Shown piece after piece: positions 32,383 through 41,589 of a DNA stretch of 64,000 bases (position 1 is its first letter; every line of letters begins with the position of its first letter). Origin of the DNA: Flavobacteriaceae bacterium (GTDB lineage: Bacteria > Bacteroidota > Bacteroidia > Flavobacteriales > Flavobacteriaceae); the NCBI GenBank assembly GCA_965221765.1, contig OZ244911.1:567100-631099 (forward strand), written 5' to 3'. Both the position numbers and the translations under genes were made by a program. The notes beneath the pieces were generated by a model that did no database searches, was not told the origin of the DNA, and worked only from the letters and a program-made list of their open reading frames with translations.

Positions 32383-32679
32383 ATGAATAGAGATATGGAA
32401 AACCAACACGCCAATAAAAGCGACATAAAAGAGTTAAAAAGCGACATAAAAGAGTTAAAAAGCGACATAAAAGAGTTAAAAAGCGACATAAAAGAGTTAT
32501 TAAATCCTATAAATACTCGACTAGAAAATATAGAAACCGAAGTTCGAGAATTACATAGTAAGTTCGATACCATCAACCATAGAACAGGAAGACATGGAAG
32601 TTTTATTTGGATATATGGTATTGTCTTGGGACTTATATTAAGTGGAATCATAACTAAAGCCTTTCAATTAGTGGATTAA
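32383..32679 (+). CDS. Small tail-anchored protein with four exact KSDIKEL heptads
   Basis: 98 aa. The N-terminal half is charged and coiled-coil-like, with (KSDIKEL)x4. A single C-terminal TM helix reads FIWIYGIVLGLILSGIITKAF. Confidence 0.5.
   Translation: MNRDMENQHANKSDIKELKSDIKELKSDIKELKSDIKELLNPINTRLENIETEVRELHSKFDTINHRTGRHGSFIWIYGIVLGLILSGIITKAFQLVD
32416..32499 (+). repeat. Perfect 21-bp tandem repeat x4 (aaaagcgacataaaagagtta), in frame
   Basis: Four identical head-to-tail copies read directly from the sequence. Confidence 0.9.
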
Positions 32680-32736
32680 AGATTTACATAAATTTCCAAT
32701 ATCAAAAGAGACCAATGATCTAACTCAATGGAATTT

Positions 32737-33318
32737 TCAATTTGAATCGAACTCATAGATTTTTTTAGGAGTAATTAAATAATTGAGTTTTTGATCTGCA
32801 GAATGGATATTTTCAATTGATTGAATCGGAGCAAAAAATCCCAATCCAATTTTTAATGTTGCCGGGGCACACTGATTTAAAAACCGGTCATAAAACCCTT
32901 TTCCATAACCCAATCTGTATCCCTTTTGATCTGCTACAATTAAAGGCAAAAAAGCAACTTGTATTACTTCTATACTCGCTTGATTTGATTCCATAGGTTC
33001 TGGAATAAACCATTGATTATTTCTCAATACTGTGTTTTTAGTAAATGGATATAGTTCTAGTTCTTTTCCATTAACTTTTGGCACAAATACTCGTTTTTTC
33101 TCTTTCCACAGCATATCAATCAGTTGAAACGTTTTCACTTCTTTATGATTCGGATTTTCAGAAGTGAGATAAACATGGTAACTCTGATAGGACCATATAT
33201 CGAGGGATCTGGTTTGATTGGTTATCATTTCGGAATATTTGGTATGCATTTGATCTGATAAAACAAATCTTTGATGACCATAATAATTTCGAAGTTCTTG
33301 TTTATTTCCTTTTTGCAT
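32737..33318 (-). CDS. 5-formyltetrahydrofolate cyclo-ligase
   Basis: C-terminal signature LPLIVADQKGYRLGYGKGFYDRFL. The preferred start is MQKGNKQELR at 33318; the track ORF begins at 33345. Confidence 0.75.
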   Translation of the reverse strand: MQKGNKQELRNYYGHQRFVLSDQMHTKYSEMITNQTRSLDIWSYQSYHVYLTSENPNHKEVKTFQLIDMLWKEKKRVFVPKVNGKELELYPFTKNTVLRNNQWFIPEPMESNQASIEVIQVAFLPLIVADQKGYRLGYGKGFYDRFLNQCAPATLKIGLGFFAPIQSIENIHSADQKLNYLITPKKIYEFDSN

Positions 33319-34740
33319 GTCTTGTAGAACAGTCAGTCTATGCACTTCTATGGACTAATGCACCATTGAGTCCTTCATAGTTTATCACTTGCTCTGAATT
33401 TTTTCTATGATATCATTTGTGGCATTGCTAGTGAAGAATCTTCTTTAAGCGTCCACTTGCTACTCTACTGAACAAAGCTTGCATGATTAACTCTTTTCTT
33501 CTAATAGAATCTTTCAAGAAGGATAAATAGAAATACGTTAACATAAATCTTTCTTCACAATCTCGAGCCAGGTGAACAGAACTGAATATTGCTTTATTTA
33601 TAACTCTTGTAGCAAAAGCCATACACCAAATGAAAGTAATATTGATTATCGACCATCTGATTGCTATGCTCATATCATTTTAAAAATAGCTCATAAATTC
33701 TGTTCTAGTGTGTTCAAATGTAATACACCTAACGAGATAGTTGCAATCAGAATAACTAAGGTAAACCGACTTGGAGTATTCAATTTTTTATACCTTTTTG
33801 ATCAGTACTTTGCTGATTCTTCATTCGTTTATTTAAATCTACGCTAAAAGTTTTGAAATCTCTATTTTCATCATCAAAACACTTATTAAAAGCTTTTTCT
33901 CTATTTTTTTAATGCATCTATATGGATGTTCCGTGGACTTTTCGTCAATGCTTTTTAGGGGTTCTAATTCACTCGCAAGTTTTGGTAGGCTGTTTTGAAA
34001 TCGTGTTAATAGATTAGATAACCTCTCCCTATTTCTTATTTCATTCATTGTTTTCAAATCCTTTAATTTAAGTTTGTAAGCGATTACATATCCATATAAC
34101 ATCACCTATTTTTTTATCCCTCTGACGTATTCGATGATATAATCATATGTGATACTATACGATTTAGGATGGGTTTTAATTAAAAAACCGGTTTCCGGAT
34201 AATCAAATATGAAACTATTTTGAGTGTTTTTGTATTTGAGTTTCTACTCGATTAAACAAATAATTCTATTTGGAATCGATTTCTGTTGAGTTCCCGGATG
34301 AATTTATAATGCCTATCAGCTGATTTTTTATGGACCAAAAATGATTTTTGAATTAATCTGTTCTCTTGGTAAGTTTTCGCCTAGTGTTACCCAACCGCTG
34401 ATTTTTGTTGATTTACAACTTGATGTATATGGGCAAAGCCTTTGAATTAGTATTCAAATGGCTGTAGTTTAAATCAAATTCAACTGCGTTGAACGACTTG
34501 GTATTTACTGATTGGCTTATTTTCTTAATTCAGTTGGCATCATAATTATCCGATTTATTGCTATTTTGATGGACATTCATAGATAACAATATGAAGATAC
34601 TCTTTCAACTTGCTGAGATTTATTTAAAACCCTTTTCGGTCAATGATTATATACCATTACAACGAATCTGCTTTTAATTTAAAGTCATGTTTCCTCACCA
34701 TAAACCTAATGTTTAGTTTTGCTTTTGGATAACCAAAAAG

Positions 34741-36168
34741 TTGAATTCAGTAAAAAATATTTGTTGTATTGGAGCAGGCTATGTGGGGGGACCTACCATG
34801 GCCGTCATCGCATTAAAATGTCCAGATATAACTGTCACTGTTGTCGATATTGATCAAAAGAAGATAAACGCATGGAATTCCCAAGACTTATCTCAATTAC
34901 CGGTTTATGAACCAGGACTTCAAGAAATAGTTCAAAAAGTACGAGGAAAAAACTTGTTTTTTAGCGGTGATATTGATCACGCCATATTAGAATCAGAAAT
35001 GATATTCATGGCCGTGAATACTCCTACCAAAACCAGCGGTGAGGGAAAAGGAATGGCTGCTGACTTAACCTATGTGGAACAATGTGCCAAGCGAATTGGA
35101 AGAATCGCTCGAACCGATAAAATTGTCATTGAAAAGTCAACGCTTCCAGTTAGAACAGCAGAAAAAATCAAAGAAGTCCTCAAACGAGAAAATCAAACTG
35201 TGCACTTTGAAGTGCTTTCCAACCCTGAATTTCTAGCAGAAGGTACCGCCATTGAAGATCTATTTTATTCCGATAGAGTTCTTATAGGTGGAGATCCAAC
35301 ACCAAGGGGTCAAAAAGCCATCAGACAATTGGTTAATATCTATCAGCGTTGGATTCCAAAAGAAAAAATCCTAACTTCCAATATTTGGTCAGCAGAATTA
35401 TCCAAATTAGCTTCTAATGCCATGTTAGCACAGAGAATTTCTTCAATCAATGCCCTAAGTGCTCTTTGTGAAAAAACTGGAGCCAATATTCATGAAGTTG
35501 CCCAAGCTATTGGGATGGACCAACGAATTGGGCCTATGTTTTTAAAGTGTTCGATAGCCTTTGGAGGAAGTTGTTTTAAAAAGGATGTGCTCAATTTGGT
35601 ATATATGTGCAAAACTTTAGGATTAAATCAAGTGGCCGATTATTGGGAAAGCATAATACACATCAATCACTACCAAACCCATCGTTTTACAGATTTGATT
35701 GTTGAGCATCTAGCAGGAGTTGCCAAAGGGCAACCTAGACAACAAACCGCATGTATCCTAGGATGGGCTTTTAAAAAGAATACCAACGATTCTCGAGAAT
35801 CACCTGCTATAAAAATAGGCTACAAACTCTTATCATTAGGTTTTAGGGTATCGGTTTATGATCCCATGGTTGCCCGAAAAAGAATCACTTCTGACTTATT
35901 GTTTTACCATCATGAATCAGAACAATCGTCTTCTAATTTCAATCAAAAAATCAAAGCATTAACTATCCATTCTTGTTCACAAGACGCTATAGAACAAGCT
36001 TCTGCTATTGCCATTGTTACCGAATGGGATGAATTCAAACATCTTGATTGGAATCATATCATCAATGGCTCAAAAAACCAATTAAAAGTTTTTGATGGTC
36101 GTGATATCGTCGATTCGACATCCATCGACAATACGCAATTCCTCTATAAAATAGGCGTCGATTTATAA
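34741..36168 (+). CDS. ugd: UDP-glucose 6-dehydrogenase (eukaryote-like long form)
   Basis: Rossmann motif CCIGAGYVGGPT, catalytic-Cys block FGGSCFKKD. 475 aa. TTG start. Confidence 0.9.
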   Translation: MNSVKNICCIGAGYVGGPTMAVIALKCPDITVTVVDIDQKKINAWNSQDLSQLPVYEPGLQEIVQKVRGKNLFFSGDIDHAILESEMIFMAVNTPTKTSGEGKGMAADLTYVEQCAKRIGRIARTDKIVIEKSTLPVRTAEKIKEVLKRENQTVHFEVLSNPEFLAEGTAIEDLFYSDRVLIGGDPTPRGQKAIRQLVNIYQRWIPKEKILTSNIWSAELSKLASNAMLAQRISSINALSALCEKTGANIHEVAQAIGMDQRIGPMFLKCSIAFGGSCFKKDVLNLVYMCKTLGLNQVADYWESIIHINHYQTHRFTDLIVEHLAGVAKGQPRQQTACILGWAFKKNTNDSRESPAIKIGYKLLSLGFRVSVYDPMVARKRITSDLLFYHHESEQSSSNFNQKIKALTIHSCSQDAIEQASAIAIVTEWDEFKHLDWNHIINGSKNQLKVFDGRDIVDSTSIDNTQFLYKIGVDL

Positions 36169-36171
36169 GTT

Positions 36172-37977
36172 CTAACCCATGGCATTATCGCTTAATTTTT
36201 GAATTTCTTCAAATATTTTTTTTCCTCTTTGTTTTCCTAAAAAATTTTGGAATTCGATCAAAGGAGTCGTTTCAATTCGTTTTAATGATTTAAATTTTCC
36301 AAGCAATTTGCCTTTGGTTTTTTCACCGACACCAGGAATGAGATCTAATTTTGAAGCTATACTGCTTTTAGACCTTTTGATGCGGTGATGATTCAAACTG
36401 AACCTATGAGCCTCATCACGAGCCATTTGAATGATTTTAAGAGTTTCCGATCTTTTATCGATATAAAGAGGGTGTGAATCATTTTGAAGAAAAATCTCTT
36501 CTAATTTTTTAGCAATTCCAATAGCAGTAATTTTGTCCTTTAATCCTAATACTTCTAAACTTTTCAAACAAGAAGTAAGTTGTCCTTTCCCACCATCGAC
36601 AATAATTAATTCGGGTAATGAAATGCGTTCATCCACCAATCTCTTATAACGTCTTAAAATCACTTCCTCCATCGATGCAAAATCGTCAGGTCCAGTGACC
36701 GTTTTAATATTATAGTGTCGATATTCTTTTTTACTAGGTTTGCCATTTCGGAAAACTATACAAGCAGACACTGGATTAGTGCCTTGGATATTGGAGTTAT
36801 CAAAACATTCGATATGACGGGGTTCAACCTTGAGTCGTAAATCTTTTTTCATTTGATACATAATCCGATTGGCATGACGATTGGGGTCGGTTATTTTAAT
36901 TTGTTTGAATCGTTCTATTCGAAAATACTTGGCATTTCTCAGAGATAATTCGATTAACTTTTTTTTATCTCCTTTTTGTGGAACTTTAATCACTGTTTGT
37001 TGATCTAAAATAAATGGATGTGAGGCGATAATATTATTTGAATGACTATCAAATCGCTGTCGCAGTTCGACGACCGCCAAGGTCAATAGTTTTGAATGAT
37101 TTTCATCTAATTTTTTTTTGATTTCTATAGTATGACATCGGACAACAGCCCCGTGATTGACTTGGAGATAATTCACATAAGCAAACGTTGAGTCTGAAAT
37201 AATGCTATAGACATCTAAATTGCGAATTGTTGGATGCACAATCATCGATTTTTTTTGATAGCTCTCAAGGCTCTCAATTTTTTCTTTAATCTCTTGAGCT
37301 TTTTCAAATTCTTGATTATCTGCAAACATTTTCATCTCTTTTTTTAAACCTTTTAAAGAATCTTTAAAATTTCCATTGAAAATTTTTCTCACTTGTTGGA
37401 TGTTTTGATTATACGCTAGTTCTTTAATTTTTGCTTCGCAAGGTCCCTTACAGTTTCCAATGTGATACTCTAGACACACTTTGTACTTCTTCCGAGCTAT
37501 TTTTTCTTCACTTAAATCGTAATTACAACTTCTCAATGGATATAATTCATTGGTTAATTCCATCAGAGTTCGTACTGTGGTGAAGTTTGGATAGGGGCCA
37601 AAGTATTCTGAACCATCATTGATTTTTTTTCGAGTATAAAAAACTCTTGGAAAACGTTCTTTTTTAATACAAAGCCAAGGGTAGGTTTTACCATCTTTGA
37701 GCATCACATTAAACCGAGGTTGGTATTGCTTTATCAAATTATTTTCTAGCAACAAGGCATCAAACTCAGACTCAACCACAGTAGTTGTCAAACGTTTGAT
37801 CTGACTGACCATCACTTTGGTTTTTCTATTCTCGTGTTTAATTTTAAAATATGACTTCACCCTTTTGTTTAAATCTTTGGATTTCCCAACATAAAGTAAC
37901 TTGCCATTCTGATCATAAAATTGATAGACGCCACATTCATGTGGTAAGTCATTAATCTGAGATTCTAATTCTGTCAT
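36172..37977 (-). CDS. uvrC: Excinuclease ABC subunit C
   Basis: GIY-YIG N-terminus (GVYQFYDQNGKLLYVGKSKDLNKRVKSYF), a UVR-like domain, an Endo V-like domain, and a C-terminal HhH (IPGVGEKTKGKLL). 601 aa. Confidence 0.95.
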   Translation of the reverse strand: MTELESQINDLPHECGVYQFYDQNGKLLYVGKSKDLNKRVKSYFKIKHENRKTKVMVSQIKRLTTTVVESEFDALLLENNLIKQYQPRFNVMLKDGKTYPWLCIKKERFPRVFYTRKKINDGSEYFGPYPNFTTVRTLMELTNELYPLRSCNYDLSEEKIARKKYKVCLEYHIGNCKGPCEAKIKELAYNQNIQQVRKIFNGNFKDSLKGLKKEMKMFADNQEFEKAQEIKEKIESLESYQKKSMIVHPTIRNLDVYSIISDSTFAYVNYLQVNHGAVVRCHTIEIKKKLDENHSKLLTLAVVELRQRFDSHSNNIIASHPFILDQQTVIKVPQKGDKKKLIELSLRNAKYFRIERFKQIKITDPNRHANRIMYQMKKDLRLKVEPRHIECFDNSNIQGTNPVSACIVFRNGKPSKKEYRHYNIKTVTGPDDFASMEEVILRRYKRLVDERISLPELIIVDGGKGQLTSCLKSLEVLGLKDKITAIGIAKKLEEIFLQNDSHPLYIDKRSETLKIIQMARDEAHRFSLNHHRIKRSKSSIASKLDLIPGVGEKTKGKLLGKFKSLKRIETTPLIEFQNFLGKQRGKKIFEEIQKLSDNAMG

Positions 37978-38110
37978 CCGTTATGAATTATCTAATATGG
38001 AGTAAAAAATCTAACTATTACGATACGCTATCCTAAATTAAATCAGCAAATCTAATTGCAATATCCATCGTTTTATGTTTTTATAACTTCATCATTAATT
38101 CCCGAGACTG

Positions 38111-38545
38111 ATGTTTTATCAAAGTTTTTTGTTTGCACAACAGATTATCACTTATTTGTTAATTGGATTACTTGGGCTTTGTATCCTTCTAGGAACTCTA
38201 TTTTTTTATAAAAATAAAAACCCTTCAAAATATTATTTTTCAATCGTTCGATATTCTCTAATATTAGCATACTTACATGCCATCTTATTAACAATCCATT
38301 ACTTTTTCTCCCCCTATTATACGCTTTGGAAACAACTAGAATTATCTGAAATTTTCAATTCCTCAGTTCAACGATTTATACTTATAGAACAACCCCTAGT
38401 AAATTTTCTAGCAGTTTTTTTAGTTACCATTGGTTATACTTTACAATTAAGGCAACTAAATCCTAAAAAATTATTTTTTCGAATCATTATTTTTTATGGA
38501 TTAAGTATTCTTTGTTTTTCATTTGGGGCTTCTATTCAATTTTGA
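38111..38545 (+). CDS. Hypothetical four-TM membrane protein
   Basis: 144-aa ORF made of hydrophobic helices. No family recognised. Confidence 0.4.
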   Translation: MFYQSFLFAQQIITYLLIGLLGLCILLGTLFFYKNKNPSKYYFSIVRYSLILAYLHAILLTIHYFFSPYYTLWKQLELSEIFNSSVQRFILIEQPLVNFLAVFLVTIGYTLQLRQLNPKKLFFRIIIFYGLSILCFSFGASIQF

Positions 38546-38792
38546 TTTAGGAATTTGTTGTAGTCCTCCGATGATAGCAGTCTAAACCCCACAATGGAAT
38601 AACATGGCATTTCTAAATTTTTAAAGCTTTAAAAACCTCTATGTTCATAAAAATTGCCTATGTAGGCCCCTAAACTGGTTCCACACCTTTCGAGATATAA
38701 CCAAAAATATTTACCTTTGATCCTTCCATGACAACCATTACGATATGTTTCATTAAGCGTCTCCTTTTAAACCCAGGGTTTCCCCATAAAAT

Positions 38793-38801
38793 GGGGGGGG
38801 G
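38793..38801 (+). repeat. G9 homopolymer beginning with the G of the ATG start codon
   Basis: Reads ataaaatGGGGGGGGGctgtagcc. The current reading is MGGGCSPRWPMPTLFLR followed by a stop. Confidence 0.9.
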
Positions 38802-40104
38802 CTGTAGCCCTCGGTGGCCTATGCCTACTCTTTTCCTGCGGTAAGACCGATTCGTCCGAACCCACTCCTAGTCTGCCGTCGACTCCCCCCACCTATACCA
38901 TCACCACCACTGCCACCATAGGCGGCACCATCACCCCCACCCAAACCGTCCCCCATGGCCAAACCATCACCGTGACCCTCACCCTACAACCCCATTATCA
39001 ACTCCAGCAGTGGCAAAGCGATTGTGGGTCGTTCGACCCACAACAAAACACCCTAGAACTCCTAGTCCAAAAAGACTGTACCATCACCGCCCGACTCACC
39101 CTCGATACCCCTTTGTATCTCGATACCAATGGGCTCACCATCCGAAGCCGACCCCAAGGAGAACGATTCATCGGACAAACCAAGCTCCTGGCCCACCCAG
39201 AACACCCAGAGCCCCTAGCCATCCGCATCGTGGATCAAACCGCCCTACGAACCCTCATCCAACAACAAGACTGGTCGGCCCTCGAAACCATCAATACCAC
39301 CTTTGTTACCAATCTGCGCAATCTCTTCCGGAGCCAAGACACCTTTAATGCCGATATCCGCTCGTGGGATGTCAGCAACGTCACCACCATGCAAAAACTC
39401 TTCCAGGGAGCCACCGCTTTCCAACAAGATCTCAGCCAGTGGACCGTCTCACAAGTGACCGATTGCCATCAGTTTGCTCAACAGAGTGCCTTCACCCCCG
39501 ATGGGTGGCCTCGCTTTACCGCTTGTGATTTACAAGAAATCGAAGAAACCAGAGATTGCCATGGCATCCCCACCCCCATTGATCAACCCTGTCCTAGTCG
39601 CCCACAGCCCCAGACCAAAGAGTGCAACCGACAGCAGATTCCCGTGGATGAAGATTGTCTAGCGAGACCCGCCACCAAAACCTGTTGGGATGGTTCGGTG
39701 ATTCCTCGCTCTCAAAATTGTCCGATGCAAACCAAAGATTGCCATGGCAATCAAATCCCCGCTGGCGATACTTGTCCGCCCTTGCTAAAAAAAGCTACCA
39801 ATGGGGTCACGGTCATCATCAATCCCGTGCTGCAAAACCCTGCCCAATACGTGGGACGAAAAGCTACCCTCGATGGAACCCAGTATACCATCGTGAATAA
39901 TGCCTCGCTCAAAGCATGGGCAGCGGCTGATCATACCAATGCCGTGTGTACCACCCTGGTGACCGATATGACAAATCTATTTTCTAATAAAACTAACTTT
40001 AATCAAGATATTGGGGATTGGGATGTCAGTAATGTCACCGATATGACTGGTATGTTCACTGATGCTAGAGCCTTTAATCGAGATATTGGGGATTGGGATA
40101 CGGG

Positions 40105-40270
40105 TAGCGTGACTAGTATGGTTGGCATGTTTCAATTGACTAGAGCCTTCAATCGAGATATTAGTGCTTGGGATGTGAGTAATGTCAAAAATATGGATGG
40201 CATGTTTCAATTGACTAGAGCCTTCAATCGAGATATTAGTGCTTGGGATGTGAGTAGCGTGACTAGTATG
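40105..40270 (+). repeat. Near-identical 75-bp-period tandem duplication inside the DUF285 repeat region
   Basis: The 58-nt string ggcatgtttcaattgactagagccttcaatcgagatattagtgcttgggatgtgagta occurs identically at 40124..40181 and 40199..40256. agcgtgactagtatg also recurs (about 40107 and 40257). Confidence 0.85.
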
Positions 40271-40995
40271 AAGCTTATGTTTTTTCGAGCCACGTCTTTC
40301 AATCAAGATATCAGTCGCTGGATCGTCAGTGGCGTTACCAGTTGCAATAATATTTTTCTTAATTCAGTCTTAATTCCATCACGCCGTCCTTCGTTTAATA
40401 ATTGCGAACCATAATTGATGAATCAATAGACCATGATTTTTAAGCCTTTTTGAAATATTTTTATTCGATAAGTGGAAAGCATATGTCGGATGGGCTAAAG
40501 CGTATGTAATCCATGATTGATTCCACTTAGATTAAGTACTTCATCTATCGACACCGTGGGACAAATAAAAATCACGAATCATCCTAAAAAATGGCCTTTT
40601 GCTCTCTTAGAAGAATCCAGAGAGCAGAACCGAAAAACAAAACCTCATCCTCCAAGCGATTCAAAAAACCAATCGATAAGTCAGCAAAGCTTGGAAATGT
40701 CGTGGCTATTTTCAATACCAAAGGTACCCAATGTGCCAAAGATTGGGTTTTGGTTTGGTGACCCGATGGCTAGGTGGGCAAGATATTTTTAACCCATCGA
40801 CACTATCATCACGGCACTATCCTTTAAACAATAGAACCACAGAGTATAGCGGGTCCATGGAAAAATCCAACAAATCAAAACAGTCGCAAGGAGCTATCGA
40901 ACGTTTGAAAACCTTTAATCGGCTGTCCTATTTTTCTCTAGTCGGTTCAATCTCAATCTACCCATATGGGAATAGAATCCAAGATTTTATCCTCT

Positions 40996-41568
40996 TTATT
41001 TATACACTTGTTGATTCACAGTCCAATCCCAAAGAACAACGCTATAGGAATTGCTTTTATAACGCGTGGTTTGAATTTCTTTAAAGCCTCGTAATAAATG
41101 AGCTTTGAGAGATCCCGAGTTTTTTTTATCAATCGAAGTAATACAATAATGATAGTCATTACCATAGGTCTGTTGAAATTTTTTATAAATATGTTGAGCC
41201 ATTTTCTGTCGCCGATGTGATTTAGCAACACATAGTTGTCCCACAACGATATACTTAGATTCCCTAAGTAGTTTCGATTGATACATTGTATTATCAATGA
41301 AATTTATCAAATCATCTAACAGATGATTGATTCCCACAGAACTTTTAGTAGCCGCCAAAGCGTAGCCAATGATTTTATTATTATCCATGGCTATAACTGA
41401 TGAAGCTGTTTCATGCAATGCTTTTAAATCATCAATCGAATAATTTATAGTAATGAATCCTTGCGCAATAAGTTCTTTTTCGGTGAGATTGGATCGGTGA
41501 TTTTCAGATAAAAGATTCTTAATTCCCTTGAGATCATCTACTGATTGCGATGTTCTAATATGGATCAA
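40996..41568 (-). CDS. GNAT-family N-acetyltransferase
   Basis: Acetyl-CoA motif-A-like VGQLCVAKSHRRQKMAQHIYKKF. 190 aa. Confidence 0.7.
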   Translation of the reverse strand: MIHIRTSQSVDDLKGIKNLLSENHRSNLTEKELIAQGFITINYSIDDLKALHETASSVIAMDNNKIIGYALAATKSSVGINHLLDDLINFIDNTMYQSKLLRESKYIVVGQLCVAKSHRRQKMAQHIYKKFQQTYGNDYHYCITSIDKKNSGSLKAHLLRGFKEIQTTRYKSNSYSVVLWDWTVNQQVYK

Positions 41569-41589
41569 AATAGAATTTTAAACCTCGTT

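Larger units (their letters stand above)
38791..40414 (+). pseudogene. BspA-type / DUF285 repeat surface lipoprotein. The ATG and signal peptide are out of frame with the body because of a G9 tract, so it is a phase-OFF or frameshifted allele
   Basis: The body ORF frame is open from 38771. It reads ...AVALGGLCLLFSCGKTDSSEPTP (lipobox LFSC), then a Listeria-Bacteroides/InlB-B-like repeat (YTITTTATIGGTITPTQTVPHGQTITVTLT), then DUF285 repeats (FNADIRSWDVSNVTTMQKLF; FNQDIGDWDVSNVTDMTGMF ...). The first in-frame start the track finds is GTG 38972, after the lipobox. ATG 38791 is in the -1 frame, and G8 instead of G9 would link it. Confidence 0.7.

Noticed and set aside
32416-32499. Possible CRISPR array (also considered for 46558..46641)
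   Set aside because: The repeats are directly adjacent with no spacers, are 21 bp long, are in frame within ORFs, and no cas genes are nearby. They are coding tandem repeats.
32379-32651. Antisense ORF with SFMSLFN repeats opposite the KSDIKEL gene; likewise 46471..46740 and 46632..46850 opposite the KREIAQE gene
   Set aside because: These are mirror images of the tandem repeats. The sense frames give coherent TM-plus-coiled-coil proteins, while the antisense frames are hydrophobic low-complexity strings.
33428-34105. Idea that 33428..33673 and 33839..34105 are fragments of a HEPN-type abortive-infection gene
   Set aside because: I could find no Rx4-6H motif or other diagnostic residues. 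This was pure speculation.
38998-40306. Cluster of 60-112 aa ORFs on both strands (38998..39228, 39010..39348, 39245..39427, 39474..39662, 39655..39900, 39977..40306) overlapping the BspA-like gene
   Set aside because: They lie in alternative frames of a GC-rich segment, where stop codons are rare. Their translations are Pro/Arg/His-rich and low-complexity. The long frame with recognisable DUF285 repeats explains the region.
40517-41084. Plus-strand ORFs 40517..40792 and 40731..41084 between the BspA-like and GNAT genes
   Set aside because: No recognisable motifs. The second overlaps the GNAT gene on the opposite strand. The region may hold a gene remnant, but I cannot support a call.
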